A DNA stretch of 17,665 nt from Candidatus Undinarchaeota archaeon (lineage in GTDB: Archaea; Undinarchaeota; Undinarchaeia; Undinarchaeales; UBA543): NCBI GenBank assembly GCA_964636545.1, contig CAZWSR010000013.1, forward strand, positions 1 to 17,665, written 5' to 3'. The position numbers were made by a program, and so were the translations under genes. Numbering within the stretch: the first letter of the stretch is position 1; every line of letters begins with the position of its first letter. The notes beneath the pieces were generated by a model that saw only the letters and a program-made list of their open reading frames with translations, ran no database searches and was not told the DNA's origin. Positions 1-7,576 of this stretch are shown one piece after another.

Positions 1-748
<748 letters not shown>

Positions 749-1013
749 GAGGAAGAGCAACTACATAGAGTTTCTCACAGAACCAATTTTGTCAGATGCG
801 AAATCCATCACGTGATTTCGTCCTCATATTTTTTCGCGGCAAATCGATAGATGCCTCTCATAGCTTGAATATTTGACATACAAATCTCCCAAGATGTATG
901 TTGAATTCGTAACTTAAGGCCTTCGAAAACGATAGGGCCGCGATATGTTTTATACGTACAAAACTATCACATAAAGCGATAGAAATTTGCATCTTTTTGG
1001 AAGTTTCAAGTGG

Positions 1014-1021
1014 TATATAAA
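1014..1021 (-). promoter_or_regulatory. TATA box of the 16S rRNA promoter
   Basis: TTTATATA on the minus strand, just downstream of tRNA-Leu and about 265 nt upstream of the 16S 5' end. The intervening leader has several hairpins (e.g. CGAAATC/GATTTCG 799-820). Confidence 0.65.
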
Positions 1022-1033
1022 GGTTAGGGTGAT

Positions 1034-1163
1034 TGGTGCGGGAGACAGGATTTGAACCTGCGAAGACACTAAGTCATTGGATTTCTTAATCATCGAGCAC
1101 TGAGCTCTCAGCACTCAAGATCACTCTTGAGTCCAACCCATTTGACCACTTTGGTACTCCCGC
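1034..1163 (-). tRNA. tRNA-Leu(CAA) with 43-nt intron at 37/38 (1083-1125); CCA encoded
   Basis: Acceptor GCGGGAG/CTCCCGC-ACCA; anticodon arm TTGGA-CT-CAA-G^A-TCCAA after intron removal; long variable arm; T-loop GGTTCAAATCC; 87 nt mature. Confidence 0.93.
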
Positions 1164-1257
1164 GAGTTTTTTGATTGAAGCGTTGTTGAAAACGCCGTCA
1201 ATCATTTTTTGTCCATCTTTTTGCGCGAGCACGAGCGAGCGGAAAAAGTGGCTTGCC

Positions 1258-1291
1258 AGTCCAACCCATTTGACCACTCTGGAACTCCCGC
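1258..1291 (-). pseudogene. Isolated 5' half of a tRNA-Leu (up to U33): fragment, pseudogene or split-tRNA half
   Basis: GCGGGAGTTCCAGAGTGGTCAAATGGGTTGGACT matches 32/34 nt of the tRNA-Leu 5' half 128 nt downstream. No T-arm or acceptor 3' strand follows it. Confidence 0.7.
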
Positions 1292-1314
1292 GTAAGGTTT
1301 TGATACGTCCCTGG

Positions 1315-1321
1315 TTTTAAA
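1315..1321 (-). promoter_or_regulatory. TATA box for the tRNA-Leu locus
   Basis: TTTAAAA preceded by A-rich sequence, ending 23 nt before G1 of the extra 5' half. Confidence 0.55.
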
Positions 1322-1392
1322 TTGTTTTTGGTCACCACCTGCCATAACAACCTTTAAATACTATACTAAATTCAATCTAGTGGGGAACGCAA

Positions 1393-1968
1393 ATGGGAAT
1401 GATAAAATATTACCATAAAGAGTGGAAGCCAACACTATACAACATATTCACTCCTTTAATGAAAGCAATTGGTGGATTGGGAATAAAACCAAACCACTTA
1501 ACAGCTATGCAGTTCCCGTTTTCAGCAGCAATGTGCGTGTCTCTTATTTATGGAAAAGTAAGTATTGCAATACTTTGCATGGTTTTTGCACTTATGCTAG
1601 ATGGCATGGACGGACTGCTTGCAAGATCAACAAATCAAGAAACAAGGCGAGGACATGTATTTGACAAGTCTGCAGATATTTTCGGGATAGTGATGATGCT
1701 TGTTGGAATTGCAATTGGTTTTCCAGGGTCGCTAGGCCTATGTGTTTCACTAGGCGTGATTAATATAATGCTTTATGTTACAAACGAGATCAAGGAACCG
1801 TTCTTCTACACAGCTGCGAGAGATGCTGGGGTTATAGGACTTTTAGGATTCACTTTAATGGGAAATATAATGTTCTTGAATGCTTGGCTGTTTATATCAA
1901 TAAGTATTGGAACCTTCTTGTTTTTGAAAAAGAGCATGGTGCTTTTGGGTGATTTGGGATTGAGGTAA
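1393..1968 (+). CDS. CDP-alcohol phosphatidyltransferase family protein
   Basis: Signature D-G-x-D-G-x-x-A-R-x7-G-x3-D-x3-D (LDGMDGLLARSTNQETRRGHVFDKSAD); N-terminal GIKPNHLT; hydrophobic helices. Confidence 0.9.
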   Translation: MGMIKYYHKEWKPTLYNIFTPLMKAIGGLGIKPNHLTAMQFPFSAAMCVSLIYGKVSIAILCMVFALMLDGMDGLLARSTNQETRRGHVFDKSADIFGIVMMLVGIAIGFPGSLGLCVSLGVINIMLYVTNEIKEPFFYTAARDAGVIGLLGFTLMGNIMFLNAWLFISISIGTFLFLKKSMVLLGDLGLR

Positions 1969-2039
1969 TACAAAAACTTTAAAAGGAACCAGTTTTAGAG
2001 AATTAAAAGCTGATAGCCGTTAGCTGACAGCTGAATATT

Positions 2040-2114
2040 GCCCTGGTGGTGTAGTCCGGTCAATCATCCTGCCCTTTCGAGGCAGGGACTTGGGTTCGAA
2101 TCCCAGCCGGGGCA
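2040..2114 (+). tRNA. tRNA-Glu(TTC), no intron
   Basis: Acceptor GCCCTGG/CCGGGGC-A; anticodon arm CTGCC-CT-TTC-GA-GGCAG; GGTTCGAATCC. Confidence 0.96.
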
Positions 2115-2118
2115 TATT

Positions 2119-4068
2119 TTAAACCCGTTCCTTTTTCAATTTCTCAACAACTTCTGGATTCGCCAATGTCGTAGTTGTTCCAACATCTTCTTCACCAGCA
2201 GCTATTTTCTTCAAAATCCTTCTCATTATTTTTCCAGAACGAGTTTTTGGCAAATCATCAGCAAACTGAATTTTATCTGGTTTTGCAATATGACCAATAG
2301 CTTCTCCAACATGAGCTCGCAATTCCTTTGCAAGTGCATCGCTTCCTTCGTGTCCTTTCTTTAGCAAAACAAAAGCGTAAAGTGCTTGCCCTTTTATTTC
2401 ATGAGGAAATGGCACAATAGCAGACTCAGCAACTGCAGGATGCTCAACTAATGCAGATTCAACTTCAGCTGTTCCAATTCTGTGTCCTGAAATATTAACA
2501 ACATCATCAACGCGACCCATTAGCCAGAAATAACCATCTTTGTCAACTCTAGCAGCATCGCTTGTGTAATAAAATCCAGGATATTCAGAAAAGTATGTTT
2601 TCCTAAACCGCTCATGGTCGCCATAAACAGTTCTGAGCATACTTGGCCATGGCTTTTTAATTACAAGATAGCCGCCCTCATCAACATCTGCGCGTGTTCC
2701 GTCTTTCCTAACAACTTCTGCTTCAATTCCAGGGAAAGGCAAGCATGCTGAGCCAGGTTTTAATGGCATTGCACCAGGCAAAGGAGTTATCATGATTCCT
2801 CCGGTTTCAGTTTGCCACCAAGTATCCACAATTGGACATTTGTTCTTGCCAACATGTTCGTGATACCAAACCCAAGCATCTGGATTTATTGGCTCGCCAA
2901 CTGAACCAAGTAATCGGAGTGACGGCATTTTATGTTTGTCAACCCAATCGTCGCCTTGCTTTGCAATTGCTCGAACAGCTGTTGGTGCTGTGTAGAATAA
3001 ACTGACTTTGTGCTTTTCAACAATTTTCCAGAATCGGTCTGGCTCTGGGTGAAATGGAGTTCCTTCAAACATTACAGAAGTTGCGCCATTTGCCAAAGGT
3101 CCGTAAATTATGTAGCTGTGACCAGTAATCCAGCCAATATCTGCAGTACACCAGTAAATATCATTTTCATGATAATCAAAAATCCACTTGAATGTCTGGT
3201 AAGTGTAAGTCATGTATCCGCCAGTTGTGTGCAGAACTCCTTTTGGCTTTCCAGTTGTTCCACTTGTGTAAAGAATGAAAAGGGGATCTTCTGAATCCAT
3301 TTCTTCAGCTGGACAATCAGTACTTGCATTTTCCATAAGTTCGTGCCACCAAAAGTCGCGGCCATCTTTCATATTAACTTCATTTTCAGCACGCTTAACC
3401 ACGATTACGCTCTGAATTGATGGAGCATTTTCAAGTGCTGTATCTGCGTTTTTCTTTTGCTCAAGAAGTTTTCCACCACGGAATCCGCCATCAGAAGTGA
3501 TTAGAACTTTGCATTCTGAATCGTGGATTCTGTCTTGTAAAGATTCTGCTGAGAAACCACCAAAAACAATTGAATGAACAGCACCAATTCGTGCGCAAGC
3601 AAGCATTGCAATAGCAAGCTCAGGAATCATTTGCAGATAAAATGCAACTCTGTCGCCTTTTTTAATACCTTTTTCTTTCAGCACATTTGCAAACTTGCAA
3701 ACTTCTTCATGTAATTGTTTGTAAGTGAATGTTCTGGTTTTTTCATCATCAGATTCCCAGATAATTGCAACTTTGTCGCCTCGTTTTTCAAGATGAACAT
3801 CAAGACAATTGAAAGCAGCATTGGTTTTTCCACCTTCAAACCATTTGCAATCAAGTTTTTCAACATCCCAAGAATGAACCTTATCCCATTTTTTAAACCA
3901 GTGAAGCTGTTCTGCTTTATCTGCCCAGAATTTTTCAGGATCTTTCAAAGCTGCATCATATAATTTCTTATATTCTGCCATGCTTTTCACATGAGCATCC
4001 TTACTAAAACCAGCATCGGGCGCAAAAGTTCTGGTCTCTTTCATCATAGAGTCAAAGGTCTTTTCCAT
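2119..4068 (-). CDS. acs: AMP-forming acetyl-CoA synthetase
   Basis: [47 protein letters not shown] motifs. Start set at ATG 4068 (TTTATA box about 23 nt upstream) rather than TTG 4080. Confidence 0.97.
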   Translation of the reverse strand: MEKTFDSMMKETRTFAPDAGFSKDAHVKSMAEYKKLYDAALKDPEKFWADKAEQLHWFKKWDKVHSWDVEKLDCKWFEGGKTNAAFNCLDVHLEKRGDKVAIIWESDDEKTRTFTYKQLHEEVCKFANVLKEKGIKKGDRVAFYLQMIPELAIAMLACARIGAVHSIVFGGFSAESLQDRIHDSECKVLITSDGGFRGGKLLEQKKNADTALENAPSIQSVIVVKRAENEVNMKDGRDFWWHELMENASTDCPAEEMDSEDPLFILYTSGTTGKPKGVLHTTGGYMTYTYQTFKWIFDYHENDIYWCTADIGWITGHSYIIYGPLANGATSVMFEGTPFHPEPDRFWKIVEKHKVSLFYTAPTAVRAIAKQGDDWVDKHKMPSLRLLGSVGEPINPDAWVWYHEHVGKNKCPIVDTWWQTETGGIMITPLPGAMPLKPGSACLPFPGIEAEVVRKDGTRADVDEGGYLVIKKPWPSMLRTVYGDHERFRKTYFSEYPGFYYTSDAARVDKDGYFWLMGRVDDVVNISGHRIGTAEVESALVEHPAVAESAIVPFPHEIKGQALYAFVLLKKGHEGSDALAKELRAHVGEAIGHIAKPDKIQFADDLPKTRSGKIMRRILKKIAAGEEDVGTTTTLANPEVVEKLKKERV

Positions 4069-4109
4069 AATATCAAACAATAATAACGCTTGCTATAAAA
4101 AGATTGTGT

Positions 4110-4147
4110 AAAAAAAAAGGGCATGACTGACAATCTGTCAGCCATGC
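4110..4147 (-). terminator. Hairpin plus U9 terminator downstream of the stand-alone Lrp/AsnC gene
   Basis: Minus strand GCATGGCTGACA-GAT-TGTCAGTCATGC (12-bp stem with one G-U) followed by CC and T9. Confidence 0.7.
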
Positions 4148-4162
4148 AAAGCATAAGAACTT

Positions 4163-4390
4163 TTAGAGGGCAATCATTGTAGTAGTGGCTGCAATAGTTG
4201 GAATATCCCGAAGTTTCTTCAAAAGGAAGTTGTTCAGAGTATCCAAATCTTGAGTCTCTGTTTGCAGTACTATGTCATAATCGCCATAAACTGTATACGC
4301 ATCTTTTATCTCTTGAAGATTACCAAGAGAAACAAGAGCTTCTTTTTCTTTACCTGGTTTTGTTGTTGCTAAGATAAATGCTGTTACCAT
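4163..4390 (-). CDS. Stand-alone Lrp/AsnC ligand-binding (RAM) domain protein
   Basis: MVTAFIL...AYTVYGDYDIV...LRDIPTIAATTTMI is a typical RAM domain with no HTH. SD-like GGGGGTG upstream of ATG 4390. Confidence 0.88.
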   Translation of the reverse strand: MVTAFILATTKPGKEKEALVSLGNLQEIKDAYTVYGDYDIVLQTETQDLDTLNNFLLKKLRDIPTIAATTTMIAL

Positions 4391-4506
4391 CTTTATTACA
4401 CCCCCAGTGTTAAACATAGTTAGTATAAGGACCTATATTATAGTTCTTAACAAAAAATTAGCAAAAACACAAAATATATAAGGTAAACTGGTTAAAATGC
4501 TAAAAA

Positions 4507-5460
4507 ATGCAGAAAATAACTTCACTAGATGCAAAGGACAAACGATTGCTTGCAGAGCTTGATAATAATAGTAGGGCTAGTTTGTCTGAGCTTGCAAAAA
4601 AAATAAAGCTATCAAGAGAGGCTGTAAACTACAGGATAAAACGGTTGCGGTATAGTGGTTTGATAAAAAAATTCGTAACACATATTGACTACACAAAATT
4701 AGGGAAAAACATCTACACATTATATTTTAAATTCGGAACAGTGAGTGAAAGGAAAGAAAAAGAGGTTATAGATTATTTGAGAAATAATCAAGATACAAAC
4801 TGGTCAGCACAAGTAGGCGGTAGATTGGATTTCATTTTGGAATTTCCAGTAAAAAGTACGCGCGAGTTCAGGAAAAAACAAACAAATATTGTGAGCAAAT
4901 ATCCAGAGGTTCTGGTTCACCACGAAGTTGGAATAAATACATTTCAACAGAGATTGAACAGACGATATTTGTACGATATACCTAGCAAGATAGGGAGCCC
5001 AACAGAAGAAACAATAAATATTGATAAAAAAGACCTAGCAATTATTGAAGTATTAAAAAAGAATTCTAGAACTTCAACTACAGAAATAGCAAGACAAGTA
5101 AAACTTCCAACAAGTACTGTTGCAAATAGGATAAAAGAACTGAAAGAAAATGGAGTGATAATGGGCTTTTCAGTTCAGATGGACATATCAAAATTTGACT
5201 ATCATAGTTTTAAAGCCTTTATAAAAATGTCAAATTTTTCAGAAGAAATAGATAAAAAAATAAAAATGTTTTGTGAGCAAAACCCGAATGTAGTGTACTT
5301 CCTAAGTAGTGTAGGGAGATGGGATTATGAAGTTGATATTGATGCAGAAAGTCATGAGCAATATAGAAAAATTTTAAGACAATTTAAGAACCTTATGGGA
5401 AAGGATGTAGCAGAAGTTGAAACACTTGAAATATTTAGTTCTTACAGATTTACATACTAA
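4507..5460 (+). CDS. Lrp/AsnC family regulator with two tandem HTH-RAM repeats
   Basis: Two HTH units (LDAKDKRLLAELDNNSRASLSELAKK; IDKKDLAIIEVLKKNSRTSTTEIARQ), each followed by a RAM-like part (VGGRLDF; VGRWDYEV). Confidence 0.9.
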   Translation: MQKITSLDAKDKRLLAELDNNSRASLSELAKKIKLSREAVNYRIKRLRYSGLIKKFVTHIDYTKLGKNIYTLYFKFGTVSERKEKEVIDYLRNNQDTNWSAQVGGRLDFILEFPVKSTREFRKKQTNIVSKYPEVLVHHEVGINTFQQRLNRRYLYDIPSKIGSPTEETINIDKKDLAIIEVLKKNSRTSTTEIARQVKLPTSTVANRIKELKENGVIMGFSVQMDISKFDYHSFKAFIKMSNFSEEIDKKIKMFCEQNPNVVYFLSSVGRWDYEVDIDAESHEQYRKILRQFKNLMGKDVAEVETLEIFSSYRFTY

Positions 5461-5515
5461 ATAAACTCAATCAAGTTGGCTAAATTTTATAAATAACAAA
5501 TTGTTCCACTGATTT

Positions 5516-7189
5516 ATGCAAGAATTAGATAAGATACTGAAGCCAGACAGTGTAGAATTTATGCAAGATTATATGAATGTTAGTGGAGAACTTGCAAGAA
5601 TTTTAATGGCAATTGGCTATCCAAGAGAAGTAAATGAAGGATTTATGGATAGAATAATCAGGAGCAGGGCTGCTTTTGACATTTCAATACACATAACTCC
5701 GTCTTCAATTGATTCAACAATTGTGAATTTAAATAAACTACTTAGGAAACTTAATGCTGACAAATATTCTGCAGAGAAAAAAGGAGTTTACACTCCATCA
5801 ATTGATTTACTAATGCAAGATACTAGAAAAGTTTTAGAAGAAATACAAGCAGGCAAGGAAAAAATATTCAAAACCAGTTTTTACATAAGTGCGAAAGCAT
5901 TTGACAAGAAAAATCTCGATACTTTGACAAGAAAAGCAGAATCAAAACTAAATTCAATAATGATAGTTCCAAAAAAACCAGTTTTCAGAATGCGAGAAGG
6001 TTTTCAAAGCATGCTTCCGCTAGCAGATGACTTACTAAAACAGCAAAGAACACTCACAACTTCTGCACTAAGTGCTTGTTTCCCATTTACTTCATCATTT
6101 CTTGAGACAGACAAAAATGGCGTAATGCTTGCAACTAACAAAAACAATGGAATACCGATTATCAGAGATGTTTTCAAGTTGACAAATCCGAATTCGTTGG
6201 TGTTGGGAACTTCTGGAGCGGGGAAAAGTTTTTGCTGTAAATTAATTTTCTTGCGATCATATATGGCAGGGGCTCGTGTTTTTGTTGTTGATCCGCAAGC
6301 AGAATATCTGGATTTAACAAGAGAACTAGAAGGACAAATTATTGAAATTTCAAAAGAGTCCAAGACAATAATTAATCCATTGGATTTGATGGAACAGGAT
6401 TTTGCCAGCAAGCGGTTGTCCTTGATGTCTGCTTACAAACTAATGTTTCCTGAAATGAGTACTCAGCAGTTGGCAGTTTTGGATAAAGCAACTGGAAAAG
6501 CATATGCAAACAAAGGAATTAATGAAAATAAAGAAACTTGGAAAAACCAAATGCCTGTGATGAAAGATGTTTTAAAAAATATTACAGAAAAAGAAATTGA
6601 AACTCAATTAGAACAATATGTGACTGGAGCATATTCATTTTTGAATAAACAAACAAAACTTGATTTAACTAGAGAATTCATTTGTTTTAATATTAAAGAA
6701 ATGCCAACTGCTGTTAAACCACTAATGTCTTATTTGATTTTGGAATATTTGCACTCCACAATGCAGAATGACCACAGGAGGAAGGTTCTTGCAATTGACG
6801 AAGCTTGGTCGCTATTAAGGCATGCAGGTTCTTCAGATTATTTATTCAAAATTGTCAAGACCTGCAGGAAATTCAATATGTCCTTATTTTTGATAACGCA
6901 AGAAGTTAATGACTTGATTGGAAAGGAAGCAGGTAAAGCAGTTCTCGCCAATACAAGTTGCAAATATTTGTTAAAACAGGACAGCAGTGTAATTGAGAAA
7001 CTTGCTGAAACAATGGGACTAACACACGAGGAAAAGGATATTTTAACAAGAAGCTCGGTTGGAGAAGGTTTGCTTGCAGTAGATGGAGAACGATTTCCAA
7101 TGAAAATAATTGCATCTGAGCAAGAAACTGACTTGATTACTACAAATGCAGATGAACTGAACAGGAGAAAAAATGAAAGACAAAATTGA
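5516..7189 (+). CDS. VirB4/TraC-like ATPase (FtsK-HerA superfamily)
   Basis: Walker A GTSGAGKS, VVDPQAEY, INPLD, Walker B IDEAW, RKFNMSLFLITQ, GEGLL. The N-terminal GYPREV...GF and DISIHI segments resemble conjugative VirB4. Confidence 0.85.
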   Translation: MQELDKILKPDSVEFMQDYMNVSGELARILMAIGYPREVNEGFMDRIIRSRAAFDISIHITPSSIDSTIVNLNKLLRKLNADKYSAEKKGVYTPSIDLLMQDTRKVLEEIQAGKEKIFKTSFYISAKAFDKKNLDTLTRKAESKLNSIMIVPKKPVFRMREGFQSMLPLADDLLKQQRTLTTSALSACFPFTSSFLETDKNGVMLATNKNNGIPIIRDVFKLTNPNSLVLGTSGAGKSFCCKLIFLRSYMAGARVFVVDPQAEYLDLTRELEGQIIEISKESKTIINPLDLMEQDFASKRLSLMSAYKLMFPEMSTQQLAVLDKATGKAYANKGINENKETWKNQMPVMKDVLKNITEKEIETQLEQYVTGAYSFLNKQTKLDLTREFICFNIKEMPTAVKPLMSYLILEYLHSTMQNDHRRKVLAIDEAWSLLRHAGSSDYLFKIVKTCRKFNMSLFLITQEVNDLIGKEAGKAVLANTSCKYLLKQDSSVIEKLAETMGLTHEEKDILTRSSVGEGLLAVDGERFPMKIIASEQETDLITTNADELNRRKNERQN

Positions 7190-7463
7190 TTTGAATTACG
7201 CAAAAGCAGTAGCAAGAGAAGTTTCAATGAGTTTTCCAAAAACAAAAGAAGAGCGGATTATTGTTATGCAGAAGATTGGGAAGGCGCTGCAGGATACACA
7301 TGGAAGTTTTTTTCTAGATCAGGTTTATGATGTTCTGGAATTGGTTTATGAAATTGAAGAACGGGATGAGTTAATGGATGAAATAGATGGTTGGGTTGAG
7401 AATGATGAGAAGATTGAGCAACTTGGTAATGAAAATAGAGTTTATACATATAGAATAGAATAA
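7173..7463 (+). CDS. Small acidic hypothetical protein, overlapping the virB4-like stop
   Basis: 96-aa ORF with AGGAG upstream, overlapping the previous gene by 17 nt; no recognised motif. Confidence 0.6.
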   Translation: MKDKIDLNYAKAVAREVSMSFPKTKEERIIVMQKIGKALQDTHGSFFLDQVYDVLELVYEIEERDELMDEIDGWVENDEKIEQLGNENRVYTYRIE

Positions 7464-7576
7464 TGGGCCCGCCGGAATTTGAATCCAGGACCTCACGCTC
7501 TCTCGAGCGCGTCCGTAGTTTTGTACGGAACGCAACCATATAAGGCGTGCGCACCACCAGACTATGCTACGGGCCC
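7464..7576 (-). tRNA. tRNA-Ile(TAT) with 39-nt intron at 37/38 (7500-7538)
   Basis: Acceptor GGGCCCG/CGGGCCC-A; D stem GCAT/GTGC; anticodon arm CACGC-CT-TAT-A^A-GCGTG; T arm CTGGA-TTCAAAT-TCCGG; intron hairpin TCCGTA/TACGGA; 74 nt mature without CCA. Confidence 0.92.

Noticed and set aside
1086-1277. 63-aa ORF on the minus strand
   Set aside because: Runs through the tRNA-Leu half, spacer and tRNA; no protein features.
1130-1291. 34-nt direct repeat as a CRISPR array
   Set aside because: Only two copies, both tRNA sequence; no cas genes.
1240-1291. Extra tRNA half read as a tRNA with anticodon GGC (Ala)
   Set aside because: Anticodon stem pairs poorly (TTGGA/GCCAC), there is no T-arm, and the body is Leu-type.
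2008-2034. Three AGCTGA copies upstream of tRNA-Glu
   Set aside because: Too short and irregular to support a function; probably part of the pre-tRNA leader.
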